Counted from the first letter of the stretch, positions 37,233 to 51,830 are shown. The stretch is DNA of 64,000 bases from Octopus sinensis (GCF_006345805.1 NC_043011.1:63376464-63440463), one strand, 5' to 3'. Translations and numbers: made by a program. Notes: generated from the sequence alone by a model not told the origin.

Positions 37233-38769
37233 AGTCACCCTGTATGTGCATACATGTAAACATACATACATAAACAGATGTTCTTACATAAGCATACACA
37301 CACACATTTATAATTGAAAGAGAGTTAGAGGTTGTGAATCCAACCAACAAAGGGATAGTATCTATCCAATATACTGCTGGTAAAATACCCAATTATTTAT
37401 ATACAAGTGTCGGTTATTGCGTGGCAATTACATTTGTGAGAGTAACAAATTGACGAGGGTAAAAAATGGTTTTGCCCTTAATTTATACGACAGGACGAAA
37501 AAGGAGGCTATTCAAAAAGAGCATGCGTCAACTGTTGGACACTATTTTATGTGTATTTATTTATTTTAAACAATTATGAGAAGATATATACATCTATAAA
37601 GATTATGATTTACATATATATAAGTAGCAGTAATTTCTAGAATAGAGACAGAAGAACAGTTTCTTATAGCTGTTGCTGCCGAGAGGTCGCATTACTCCAC
37701 ATGTTATTTACATCTTTTCAGGGTACTGTAGTGATCGGTAAATAAAAGTAGGGTACTTGGGTGTGCTCTAGGTTTCATCGTTATCTAAAGCCTTTTAATT
37801 CGACCCCATGAGACTTAAAATTTCTCAGGTTTCTAACAGATTCGACTATCAATGATAGCCCCTGGGAAATGGGTTCCTTAGGTTAAGGCGATTCCAGTCC
37901 TGGTGTTAGGAGCGATTCTGCATTTCAGCAACACCAAAATGTCTTTGGAAGTAGGACTGCCCAGGAGGCTGATTTCGCCTTGGCGTCTGGCGGGCTTTTC
38001 AAAAGACTTGGAATCGGAGTGGAGTAACACTGGTGAGTACAACTGCGTCTCTTATACACCTTATATATATGAGCATGTGATTGTGTAACTGTGTTATTAG
38101 ATTCATGGGTGTTTATATATGCAAGTTTTTGTTTGATCATAGAAATATGAGTGCCTTTGTTTTATACACAGGCGTCCTTGAACGTGTTTAGTGTGCATGT
38201 ATGGACATGTGTGCTGAAGTCTGTACGTTCTTGAATTTGTGCATAAACATCTGAGTGCATCTTTGTCTCCAGAAGCATATGCCTGCGTGTGTTTTGTCTT
38301 GTGTGATCATATATGTACACATAGACACACACACACACACACACACATGTATATATGGTTTCGGCAGATGAATGTTTAGTGTACATTTTATTCTTAATAT
38401 TCATGAATGTAAATTGTACATTAGGGGTCATATCGACCAAAATTATTAATTACATTTATTGATGTAATCGCCTTTGGCAATCATAATTTCTTTCTTCATT
38501 TTTGAATATATACAAAGATATAATTAAACGCATGAGATGAACTGGATTTGAAACTGGGGAGTGATATTTGAATTCTAGTCAATTATTGTGATAAAAAATT
38601 AGGAATTTTAGAATACACCTTGCTGATACAACCATGATTTCAACTTTTTTTTATTTTTAGATTCTTTTTATTCCGTACACACCATATATAAGTGTTACTT
38701 ATTTTGTTATTGTAATAATGATGGGGGGTTTCGCCGAACATTTGGTGAGATAAAGTTTTATTATTGGTT

Positions 38770-40305
38770 AAAATTACTGTTCTTTGAATTGTTGGTTGTT
38801 TTGTGCTGCGTTGCAGTGGATTTCTGGTTGTGCTTTCTCTCTGTCTTTAAGGAGAGAGCCATGGAAATGGGAAAAAAAGTATGTTTTATTCGGGCTTTAG
38901 TGGTTCCGAATTGTCCTCTTCGGAGGAGGATCTATTACTAGCAGTCGAGAGGATGGGCAATTTCCTAAAGAAGAAAAAGGAGGTAGGTCTATGAAATATT
39001 GAAAAATATGGAAAAACGGCATATAGGGTAGGCGATGACGTCAAGCTATCAGCACACTAGAAGATAATGGAAGAAAAAGACAAGAAGACCGTAGTATAAA
39101 AGTTGTATTCAGTGAAAGAAAAGAAAATAGAACGTGTGGAAACTGAAACTATAGAAAAGGCATTGTGCTTAGTCTGGCAAGACATAACATATCTGGCTAG
39201 AGGAAATAAATTCGGTACTATTATAGTCCATTTAAAGACGGAAGAGAAAGCAAAAGGAACAAGCCATAATCACAGTAAAATTTGGGAAGACAGACGTCCA
39301 GGTTTAGGGTGGAAGGAATCGCACCGAACATAGATGTGTCTTGGGTCACGGCGGCTGTTCTTTGGGGAGGTAAGGAAAAATGGCCGTCCTCCAAGCCTCA
39401 AAAACAGATAACTCGATTTGGATAGGCCAAAATATGGATTTCATTATACAGGCTAAAGTGGAAACACTGGAAAATTTGGTGGAAACGGTATCAGTCAGAG
39501 ATCTAGTGTGGAGAGTGTGGGTGGAGGTAAGAACTCCTCGTTGTTTTAAATGTGGGCCAAAAGGCCACATTAGAGCATGCTGCCATCTACAGAAGCAGAG
39601 AAATCAGGAGAAGGAACAAAAGAAAGAAAAGAAAAATGAAGAAGAGTGGACAGTAGCCAATGGAAGAAAAATGAAGAGGAAGAAGGGAGAGTGTGTAGTA
39701 GAACAGTAGTAGAACAGCCACGCCACCCATACCATCTCCGAACCCCCACCAAACACCAAACCCACCCATTCTCCTCCGACACAAAGTAAAAGGATAAAAG
39801 GAAAACCGACATATAAGGATATACAAAACTCCCCACCCATTGGTAATTGTTACGAATGTATGAATACGGAAGAGGTAGATAATGAATTACTTAACAAGAT
39901 AACAGAATGGAAAAGGGCTAAATGTGTGAATGTTGGAAGTCGGACAAATATAGTCGGATGGCAGAGAAAGCCAAAAGGAAGAAATATGGAAATTGAAGAA
40001 AGGATACAAGTGTTGGAGGGTGATTGCGGATTTAAAAACGACAGCAGACAATGTGAGATGTGGATAGAGAATAGAGAAATACAGTGTAGACATTTTGAAA
40101 GACTCGCAATTCAAAAGATAAAAGGTAGTGATGCTGCTTGAGGTGGGGCAAATGGCACATATTCCTTACCATTTTCATTGTCTCATCCGTATTAACATAC
40201 GTTTAAATTTATTTTCATTTTATTTATTGTTACGTGTTGTGTCCCCAATTTCGTTTGTATTGTCCCCTCTATTTTGACTCCCTGCAGGAAATAAAGAAGC
40301 AAATA
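38770..40305 (+). mobile_element. L1/Tx1 ORF1-like element with zinc knuckle and no ORF2
   Basis: RCFKCGPKGHIRAC (CX2CX4HX4C-like) near 39535; ends AATAAAGAAGC. Confidence 0.55.
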
Positions 40306-40864
40306 ATAATGACGGGTTACCAGAAAAGGGAACTTCACTGATGATGATATATATTTTTGACCGGAGAAATTGGCCGCAGCCGATTTGAGGTTTTAATGTG
40401 TAATGGATTGCGGCATTGACTCTTGAAAGTGCTGGAGACGTCGATTTATGCTTACACTTTTTTGGGACTTGCCAATGGATGTTATTCTGGATTCATATTA
40501 CATTTAATAGTCCGACTATATATTTCATCGCCTTGCTATATACATTCATATTGTCTTCATATATGCATCTCTTCTTCATACAAATTTCTTCATACAAACA
40601 GGTTTCACACGATTTTTTTGTATGTGAAAATATATGGATGATTGATTCTAGTTTCAGCTCACGAGCTGTGGCCATGCTGGGGCACCGACATTATATATCT
40701 TTATATCTTCGTGATTTGGGTGCAGTATCTGAACTTGTATTTATATTCTACAGCGTGACGATATGGGTTAGATTTGAAGTTGTTTCACCAATTATGTTTA
40801 TTAAGTTTAACAAAAAGTTACATATATATATATATATATAAATATATACATAAATATGCATATA

Positions 40865-41004
40865 CTTTATTTAAAGCAGCAGAAAATTCAACAAAACCTG
40901 TTACTCTGAGTTTCCCGTCGCCGTTCATCGGACAGTTTTTGCTAGAATTGAACCGATATGTCAATTCTATCCAGACTAGTATAAACGCTGCACCTTTGAA
41001 AATA
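40865..41004 (-). repeat. 140-bp repeat with hammerhead-like motif (40898-40935)
   Basis: Inverted copy at 43829-43967; CTGT-CCGATGA-ACGGCGACGG-GAAAC-TCAGA-GTA-ACAG. Confidence 0.6.
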
Positions 41005-41989
41005 TATATTGATATATATATATATATAAATTATAAAAATTATAAAATTCGAGGAAAAACCTTACATTGAATAAAATACATATTGTCATTAATGAAGGAA
41101 ATATAATTAATACATGGAAATTGAAATTAAAATGTTAAAATGCATTAAAATATTACACGGCAGTCATTATTCATATTAAACTATACATATATACATCAAC
41201 ATACACAGATAGATGCGTGCAAACCACATACATATACAGACGTATAAATATAAAGCTAAAATATACACACAAATGCATGTATACATATGCATACGCAATC
41301 TAGTTCGCACGCAAGCTAAAATCATGGATGGAGAAGTGGCGTTCTTTTTTACGATGCAAAGTTGAAGACATGAGTAAGGGGGGGGGGGCGTAAAGTTACA
41401 TGACTCGATACAAGTATCGGATAGGTAGAGAAAAAACGAAAGAAAGGAAGAGAGAGAAAAAGAAAAAGGGAGAAGGAAAAAAAGAAAAATAGGAGGGGGA
41501 AACGAAAGGAGAAAAATTATGTATACAAACAGTGTAACCACGTATACTGACATATATATATAGAGACAAGTATGCAAACACACAAGTTCAAGTGGATACA
41601 TACACATACAATCGTGTATGTGTGTGCTTAAGTACAAACATACGCTCACTTAGACATATACAGAGACGTATCCTTACAAATACATATTCGTGGCCATACA
41701 CATATTTACATCAAAATGCCTAGTTTTTGTCAACCTTACTTATTAAAAAATGGTGAGTGTAATAATAAAAATTATACGAAAGACATGTAAAATATAACAC
41801 CCCATTTCGGATCATCTATAAATTAAAAATCAAAGTAACCAATATAATATAATATAATAACATGAAATAAACTAAGCCGAAGGTTTTTCGTAAGGAATAT
41901 GTAGAAATATAAACAAAATAAACAAAATATATGCACGAGACTTTGCTATACGGAATGAAATCTGCATAGTGCGAAACAAATACATACTA

Positions 41990-43402
41990 ACCCAAGAATC
42001 AAAAATCAAAACTTCAAAAATCAAAAATACAAAAAGACAAAATATACTCTATCCATATGGTATATTTATGTTTGACATTTTAAATTCGGTTGCGTGCCTG
42101 CATAAGTTCATCAGCTCACTTCTTTGATTCAAAGAATTATTGTCTTTGAATAAAATATAAAGTTTCTGTGACAGGCAAAGATTGCATTTAAAATTATTCT
42201 TGTGTGCTCCATGTCTGTATGGTACCGCTCTGTCCAGAATGCTCCATGTCACGTTGAGAGGTGGAGTTTCCTTTTCTTTTAATTCCCAGGCATATTTTGC
42301 TAGGCTGGTCCTCTTTCTATTTTCTGGGTATCTAAATGAATTTCTATGCGAATAAAATCGCGTTTTAAATGCATTTTCTGAAGCACCTGTATATGTCTTG
42401 TATTCCGATGAGCCTTCTATTTGTATCTTGGCTCTATAAACTACCCTTTAACTAGACATTTCCCTTCCAACGGACAGGAGGATTCATTTTTGAAATTGCA
42501 TTTCTTAATGGGCTCGGCACCATGCTTAATATCAATCAGATTCCTATTATGCTGGCTAATGTAAGAGGCAAAATTTCTGCAACAAGAATAGCTAACCTTC
42601 AGAGTTCTTCTATTAAATATCCTATAGAATTTATGGTCCTGCTTAAAATGCCTAGAGACTAATTTCAAAAATTCCTTACCTATATTAGTCTTTACGGCCA
42701 AATTGAAAGCCGAGTTGAACCACAAAACTTTCCTGGTCCTAGTTCTTCGCGCAGCATTATTATCAGCATTAAGCTGGTTCTACTGGATCTTCTCAGAGAA
42801 TCCACTATTCCTTAATGCACTATCGTAATAAGGTGCAGCATTATGGAATGCTGCCTCGTCCGAAGAAATTGAAGATATTCTTCTACCTACATTGCTGACT
42901 AAGTTCCTAAGGATAACTGGCAGATGGTTCGAATATTTGCTAATAGTAATAATAAAGTTTAAACCTATCTGACCTTACATTAAAATTTACATCTAAAAAA
43001 AATCAACACTTTTCAGGTTAGTATCTATTGTAACCCGTAAGCCCATCCTTTGAAAGAAAGCAATAAGGTCCTTCCTAAGTGTATGTGATTCATGGCCGTT
43101 TAAATTATGGGTGGCTATAAGGCCGTCATCTCTATATAAAGCTGCATCTATAAATGGGAATTCTATATTTAAATTATGAAGAATCAAGGCTCCTATGAGC
43201 ATACATAACTCATCCCCATCGTATGCCCCATCGGTACATCGAAAAGAGAATCCTCACTCTTCTTAATCCAGGTTGAATCCTCGAAAAAAAGAAGTGATTT
43301 CCTCGCATGCATGATAATATCAATTTCCGAGCTATCGATGCCGACATACTGCTTGGCGAATTCCAATGCCCTTAGGAGTACCGTCCTAGATATTGACGGG
43401 TA
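41990..43402 (-). mobile_element. Penelope-like element (Naiad-like), main body, frameshifted
   Basis: YPSIS, FDVPMG, YRDDGL, WFNSAFN, CPLEGKC, CNLCLSQK...LNQRSEL...CRH. Confidence 0.9.
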
Positions 43403-43711
43403 GGAAGCAAGGGGAATATCTAACAATCTTAAGATTAGTGATAGGATTGAATATATTTCCCCACGACCAGCTTTTATTACACAAAAAGACCATAAAGCCA
43501 ATTTTAATAGAAACCCCAAATGCAGATTGATAAATCCGGCTAAAACTGAGCAAATTATTAGCAAATATATTTTGGACCGTATTTTATCTAAGTTAGATAG
43601 TGAAGTAGACTTGAGAATTTGGAGGAATAGTAAGTCAGTCATAGAGTGGTTTAAAGGTATTAGCTATAAGAATAATTGCAGTTTTACGGAATTCGATGTT
43701 ATCGACTTTTA
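43403..43711 (+). mobile_element. Inverted 5' RT segment of the same PLE
   Basis: EARGISNNLKISDRIE...QKDHK...CRLINPAK...EFDVIDFY. Confidence 0.9.
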
Positions 43712-43712
43712 T

Positions 43713-43765
<53 letters not shown>

Positions 43766-43828
43766 AGCTCATTTTTGTTTATCGCTCGAAAATTGACCGT
43801 TATTTGTAAAGGGCCAATCAAACAAGTC

Positions 43829-43967
43829 TATTTTCAAAGGTGCAGCGTTTATACTAGTCTGGAAAAATTAACATATCGGTTCAATTCAAGCAAAAACTGT
43901 CCGATGAACGGCAACGGGAACCTCAGAGTAACAGGTTTTGTTGAATTTTCTGCTGCTTTAAATAAAG
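43829..43967 (+). repeat. Second copy of the 140-bp hammerhead-like repeat
   Basis: GAAA core changed to GAAC in this copy. Confidence 0.6.
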
Positions 43968-44031
43968 CACTGGTATTTGAGTACTCATTTTTCCACCTTG
44001 TTTCACATTTATGTGTTTACATCGGTATATA

Positions 44032-44118
<87 letters not shown>

Positions 44119-44847
44119 AAACAATTGCAGCGTGGAAGGTGTTTGTAAGCCATTTAAGAAACACACAAATGCCGTTCGATTCACTTCAACATTTAAGTTT
44201 AATTTGTCAAAATATTTTCGTCGTTTTAAGACCGCGACCTGTTCACTGACAAAAATCCGTGCTCTATCTGAGAAAGTAACAGTTAGGTCGGTATATATAT
44301 TTACATATGTATGTGTGTATGTATGTATGCACGCATGTATGCATGTATGTATGTATGTACGTACGTACGCATGTGTTTATGTATGTATGTATGCATGTGT
44401 GTAGATGCACACACACACACACTGTAAACTTAAAGCTATAAACCTGCAGTGGTGGATAGGTGTAGACTGACCACTCATCACAACAATATCAAATTTGAAC
44501 CTCCCCCCGCCGAAACTAGGAAGTGATTTACGACCCTTACCCCCACAGCAAAACTCTAAATCTTATTATCAGCCACTTCTTTCTATATTTCAAAACCTTT
44601 TGTTTTAATATTACCTATCTTTTTCCACCTTACATCCAGTTAGTTCAAGTTATATATATATATACGTATGTATATGTGTGTGTTTGCATGTATGTGTGTA
44701 TACACGTACGTACGCATGTGCGTATGTATGTATATTTGTATTTGTGTGTTTCTTAAATGGCTTACAAACACCTTCCACAATGCAATTGTTTTCGTTTCAG
44801 CACACACGATCTCAGATCAAATCACTTGCTATGCAAGTACATCTCCG

Positions 44848-44943
<96 letters not shown>

Positions 44944-45071
44944 GTATGTATATATGAAACTTCAATTCTCTGTATTCATTTAATATATGGATATGGATTC
45001 TGTATTTATACAGCAGATGTAAATGTTATGAAAAACAGAAAAATATATTATCATTTGATATTGCAACTTAC

Positions 45072-45108
45072 CTGCAAAGAGAAGACAAAGGAAGAATAAA
45101 GTTTTCAT
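45072..45108 (-). CDS. P3 exon 1 (signal peptide MKTLFFLCLLFA)
   Basis: ATG at 45108, 37 nt, G|GTAAGT; joins exon 2 as ...FAGAAAQSEC. Confidence 0.82.
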
Positions 45109-45633
45109 GCCTATTCTTTTATGCATTATAATTAACGGATGGTGCTTGGGCAATCAACAATATTATATTGTTACATGTAATGATATACAGTATAACATAT
45201 GCCAGGCACCAGTAAAACAAAACAGCGCAATTCAATTAAGCCTGTCATGTCAAATTACAAAGAGGCAATATTTCTTTCGCATAAATGTGTCATAGTGGAA
45301 TAGCAATTTATAAGTGGATACATAAACAAAAACTTACAGTTGAACATTTATTTCTCTCTTTAGAACAGTATATGACCTATAGTCTATAAACTGAATCTTA
45401 AAAAACTTTGTAGAATGTTTATTCCGGATTTTTTCATTCACTTTCATATTGCTGTGCAACCATGCTGGGGAACCGTAAGGAAGGATTTACTAAACAAACC
45501 GATCGCAATACTTACATTTTAAGACTTGTACTGAGTCTATTGTCATGTCAAATATATACCATATTTTTTCAAATCTGTTGCCGATCAAAATTATAATAGT
45601 TAAAATGAAGAAGTCAATGCCTGTTAGAAACAA

Positions 45634-45635
<2 letters not shown>
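45109..45635 (-). promoter_or_regulatory. Conserved upstream block of P3
   Basis: TATAATA at 45167-45161, 59 nt upstream of ATG. Confidence 0.65.
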
Positions 45636-45711
<76 letters not shown>

Positions 45712-45879
45712 CATCAGTATTATTATTAATTGACTCTCAAAATACGTAGCAACCTCACATATAGAGGACAGGTCCCTCACCTACGTGGGACAAACGGACA
45801 TGAAATGCTGCAATGTAGGTGAGTGGAAAATCCTAAAAAAAGAAAACAGAATATATATATATATATATATACAATTCGC

Positions 45880-46436
45880 CCAGAAACACAATTCAAAAAA
45901 CACACGAGAGAAGCATTACACGAAGTACACTAAGATGAACACCTGTCTCCACTATACCATCCAATCTATCATCACCAAAGGCACCACCACCACCATGAGC
46001 AATACCCCGAAGATCAACTCTATAACCTGCGTCAACATCACAACAGACAACATGTCAAACACATCCGAACCTTCGTCTGTAAAAGCAACAAAAGCAAATA
46101 CATCAGAAAGACAGAAACTTGATGCACGACAGAGCAGTAAACGTTCAAAACAAAAATTAACTCCACTATAGGCATAATCCAAAATATATACACAAGTAAA
46201 AGATTGAATATCCCCGAGGCAATCGGATCTGCCGAGGGATTCTATCAAAGGAATATATTCTTAGGAAACCAGCCAGATCTTGAAACAAGGATTGGACACA
46301 AAAACTGAGATACTATTTCTCCTCCAAACGAAGAATGAAAGACATGTCCCACGTTTTCGACAATCAACTGAAAATGGCTTCACTCAGAATAGACAGTATA
46401 AATGTACAGGAACTCTTGTTGTTCTGGAATCATGGG
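45880..46436 (+). mobile_element. L1/Tx1 fragment upstream of P3
   Basis: KMASLRIDSINV start of an endonuclease-like region; similar to 23040 and 62130. Confidence 0.55.
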
Positions 46437-47130
46437 CAGATCTCTAGTCATAAGAACACTCAACACACACACACCGCTCCAGCACAGATACCCTTACATG
46501 TGACCACAACCGCAACCCAACCCATTCTAACGACATTGCCCGAAATGCCACAACAATCTCTACCGCTTTTACAAATACTACAATTAATAACAACAATGAC
46601 GCTAATGGTAACGTTAAGAATACTAAAAATCTAGAATTTTCTTCCCCCTTCTCTAACCTCTCCTATGAGAATATTACTTTTCCATTCCTGAACACATTCC
46701 CCAAAATTCACCTCATTACAACTGCCGTGCTGGTACCATCTGCCCTTTACAAACCCATTAGAGAAGATGTAATGTAATTTACAAATGCACTGTTCTTAAT
46801 CTATTACACACCTCTACAGCCATATACATAGGATCAACCAAAACTTTTAAGCAACGATATGCCGCTCACCTCTATTCTTTTTGATACGATAAACATAGTA
46901 AATCTACAACATTCGCCAATCACATACATAATGTCAAAAATACAAATATGCCATATACTCTATGATGGACCATACTGGATTTAGAGTTATCCTAATACCG
47001 AGGTCAACGCTCAACCTGCGAGATTTGCTTGAAGGAGGCACTTCACATATTAAAGCAAAACTCTCCAACACTGCTAAGTAAACATAACGACGCACTAAGC
47101 ACATTAAACCACCGCTTCTTTTACACATTC
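46437..47130 (+). mobile_element. Third PLE fragment: low-complexity linker plus GIY-YIG
   Basis: NCRAGTICP, VIYKC, YIGSTKTFKQRYAAH, WTILD, CEICLKE; stops and frameshifts. Confidence 0.75.
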
Positions 47131-47655
47131 AAATTCTACCACAAATTTAGATGCCTAAAGGACCATACAGTACAATAACCTTAACATTATACATTTTAAC
47201 TCCTAATCCCTTTCTAATAACTCTTTCATACAAGAATATCACAACCATTTAATTATATTCGTGTGTATATGCGTGCATACATATATGCGTCAGTGTCTAT
47301 ATGTCTGTAATACTAATTGAATTTATCATTTCCTTATTAAATTAAATTGCACACAACACACACTCACATGCATATGCACGTATGTATGTACGCATGTATT
47401 CATGTAAGTATGTATGCGAGGTATATGTACCTGCGTGTGCAGGGGGATACCACATAGAGTTACACGTACGTAAGGGTGTGCGTGTGTTCATATGCATGTG
47501 AGTGCGTGTTCTGTGGAATTTAATTTAATAATGAAATGATAAATTAAATTACAAATTCCCATTTGCTTGCCAGACGGTCAAACCGACCATAAAAATTGGT
47601 TTTGGTATTGGATAAATTTTGTTGAAAAACAAAAGTAAAAACTATGCACCAATAA

Positions 47656-48360
<705 letters not shown>

Positions 48361-48590
48361 TATATATCCTTAAATCCTTAAAAATGTTTTATCCCGAAGG
48401 CCGCGGCCATGCTGGGGCACCACCACTGAATGAGCTACACTAGTTTGTGAATCCACCTCTGATACTTGGCACTTGATCAACAAGGGAGTTCGATGTTGCT
48501 GCCCGCATCCGTGTCTCCTGTCGTGAGGTAGGTTCATCTGGGACTCCCAACAAGAAGAGATCCAGTTTAGTTTTAAAGAATTTTTAAAAA

Positions 48591-48641
<51 letters not shown>

Positions 48642-48647
48642 CATATA

Positions 48648-48711
<64 letters not shown>

Positions 48712-48756
48712 TTATGGTTTGTGAAATTTGATGTATATATATATAATAAATAAATG

Positions 48757-48995
48757 CGCCCTTTTAAAGCCTAGTCAGACTCATGGGCCCGGTTTCCCGG
48801 TTTCTATGGTGTACGCGTTCCCCAGCTAGACGAGACGCTAGTCCATCGCAGCGTTAATCATTTTTGCCAGCTGAGTGGACTGGAGCAACGTGAAATGAAG
48901 TGCTTTGCTCAAGAACACAAAGCGTCTCCCCTTCCAGGAATCGGAACTAAAATCTTACGATCATGGTGCTGACACCCTAGCCAATAAGCCACGCG
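48757..48995 (-). mobile_element. tRNA-derived SINE
   Basis: Central CAGCTGAGTGGACTGGAGCAACGTGAAAT domain shared with 221-549. Confidence 0.7.
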
Positions 48996-49094
48996 TCTCC
49001 ACACACACGCACACACACACACACATATATATATATATGTATATATTAATTATTAATAAATGCGTGTTTGTGTGAATATATATTTTATGTGAGT

Positions 49095-49378
49095 GTATTT
49101 TGGTAGACGGAAACTGAAAATAAGCCTGTGGAATATATGGGTTTGAGTGCGTCTGTATCTATGTGCATGTTTATATGTTTCTGTTTCCCCCCACACTCTC
49201 TATTACATGACAACCGATGTTGGTGTGTTTACGTCGACGTAACGTAGTGATTCTGCAAAAGAGACCGATTGGACGAGTACTAAGCTTACAAAAATAAGTC
49301 CTGCGTTCAATTTGTTCGACTAAATGTAGTGTCCAGCATTACTGATCTCAAAGGACCGAAAGAAATTAAAGAATAAAT
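49095..49378 (+). mobile_element. SINE 3' part
   Basis: GTACTAAGCTTACAAAAATAAGTCCT...TTGTTCGACTAAA tail. Confidence 0.55.
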
Positions 49379-49379
49379 G

Positions 49380-49805
49380 AATATGACAAAATTATAAACA
49401 TCTTCACCTTTCAAAACGTTTTTGGTGAAAATTAACCAAATAATTGTTCCACATCGTCACATGTGAAGTTATAAGGAAGCAGAAAGACACTCCTATCATT
49501 CATGAACACTTATTATAATTGCCTACAGAAAGCATGGGAATCCGAATGCAGTTTCGTTCTTTTTGTTTTACTTTTCGCTCTTTTTTAAACGCAACGATTG
49601 TACACACTGTACATGAATCACGAATTATTAACAAATAATTAAAAACAATTAGATACTGCTAATTTTTAAATTTTGTTACAAGCTCGCGACAATTATAGAG
49701 ACCTACGTTTTGTTGAAAATAACCCCAGTTTGGGCGCTAAATAACCTCATTTTTCTATATATTTACACTGAAATTTTTGGAAGATTAAAAAAGGTACAAC
49801 AATGA
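49380..49805 (+). pseudogene. Inverted relic P4 of the six-Cys family; exon 2 largely deleted
   Basis: 49380-49652 matches the intron 1 end of P2/P3; AG|ATACTGCTAAT at 49653 then jumps into intron-2-like sequence (cf. 7310-7445). Confidence 0.65.
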
Positions 49806-50428
49806 CGACTGACCCAGTTCGAAGAGGAATTCAGCGCTCTCACCACAACTATTGTTTCTCCGTAGGAGTAGGAGGAAGAAATACAAAAGAAAAAAAAAGA
49901 ATCACACTGATACCGCCACAACGACCACCACCAACACCAGAAACACTAACAGCAATAGATTAAGCGCCAATGGTTTCGTCTCGGCAACGAAACAAACTAT
50001 AGACATAATAAATTTAAAAACTAATGAAATAAAATATGCAGAGGAATTGTTAAGGAAGGAAGGAAACAACGTTTTCCTTAACACCCCTCAGGAATTCATA
50101 CAAGTAACCAATTGAAAAGCAGTGATCTTTAGAACTTTAAATATAAAAAAAGAAAAGGAAAAAACGAGCCACCCAATAACTGTTGGAAATGCACCTGAAA
50201 GCAATTTCGACTAACAAAACGTATGTCAGAAGGGGAAATCACTTCGGCACTATGGAAGTGTGTTTTCGATAGGACTACAAGACAAGGCAGGTGGAATTGT
50301 TACTCGCGCCGACATATTTTGTTCGGCGTGTCACAAAAGTTAAAATTGTTGAGGAGTCTCCTGAAAGATATATATGTTGACTGGAGGTGGCTATGCTCCG
50401 TCATATAGAGGACGCCATCACCATACTG

Positions 50429-50892
50429 GAGGGGTATCTTGCATTTCATACAACCAATCCCTTTCATCCTTATCTTCTACAATTCGGTCCCACATCCTTC
50501 TCCAAAATGCCCTGCTTTCCTCTGCAAATGGTATATTTGTTACGTCTCTTATCCCACCTAATTCCTGAAAGACTTTCATCTTATTTGCTTCAAACTATTT
50601 TCGCTGACTGATTAATTTCTGTTGTCAAATATTTCCAGTTTTGTCTTGATTGAAACAATCCTCTGTTTCAGTTCCTCCAATATCACATCGTAACCTTCAT
50701 CTTTTGCCAGCATTATTCTTATATTTTCGAACTACAATTCCTCTCTTCTCAATCTGTCAACTTATTCGAAATGTCTTTTTAACTGTTTTTGCTTCTCGAA
50801 TACTCGTCTCCGCCAGTATGGTTCTTTACGTTCTGATTCTTCCTTTTATTTCTTCACAAAGATATCTGAAGTAACCATTGATGCAGCCACAT
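50429..50892 (-). mobile_element. R4 family E fragment, paralog of 35231-35740
   Basis: Same junction TTATTATGTGGCTGCATC. Confidence 0.8.
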
Positions 50893-50898
50893 AATAAA

Positions 50899-50945
<47 letters not shown>

Positions 50946-51174
50946 ATGATAATAATAATAATAATAATAATAGTAAAAATAATAAATAATAATAATAATG
51001 AAAATAATAAATAATAATAACAATAAATGATAATTATGATAATAATAATAAATAATAATAATAATAATAATATAAATAACAATAAAAATAACAATAAAAA
51101 TAATAATAAAAATAATAAATAATAATAATAATAATATTAATAATTATAATAATAATAATATTAAAGAAAATATT

Positions 51175-51226
<52 letters not shown>

Positions 51227-51699
51227 TAATAATAATAATATTGATAATAATAATAATAAATAATAATAATAATAATAATAAATAATAATAATAATAATAA
51301 ATAATAATTAATAATAATAATATTAATGATAATAACAATAATAATAAAAATAATAACAAATAATACTTAAAAAAAAATAATAATAATAATAAAAAATAAT
51401 AAAAATAATAATAATAATAATAATATTAATAATAATAAATAATAATAATAATGATAATAATAATAAAAAATAATAGTAATAATAATAGTAATAAATAATA
51501 ATAAAAATCATTATAATTATAATAATAATAAAAATAATAATAATAATGTTAATAAATAATATTAAGTAATAATAATAATAATAATAATGATAGTAATAAA
51601 TAATAATAAAAAGAATAGTAATAATAATGATAATAATAAATAATAATAATAATATTAATAATAATAATAATAATAATAATAATGATAATAATAATAATA

Positions 51700-51735
<36 letters not shown>

Positions 51736-51830
51736 TAATAATAATAATAATAAAACTAATAATAATAATAATGACATTAATAACAATAATAATGAGAATA
51801 GTAATAATATAAATAATAATGATAATAATT
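50893..51830. repeat. ~940-bp imperfect (AAT)n tract
   Basis: Direct reading. Confidence 0.95.

Noticed and set aside
37870-38035. GC-richer + strand segment ending in a G|GTGAGT donor
   Set aside because: No convincing acceptor, partner exon or recognisable protein; could be a TE UTR.
41795-41825. Hammerhead in the 3' UTR of the second PLE (GATGATCCGAAA on -)
   Set aside because: Core is incomplete and stems I and III do not form.
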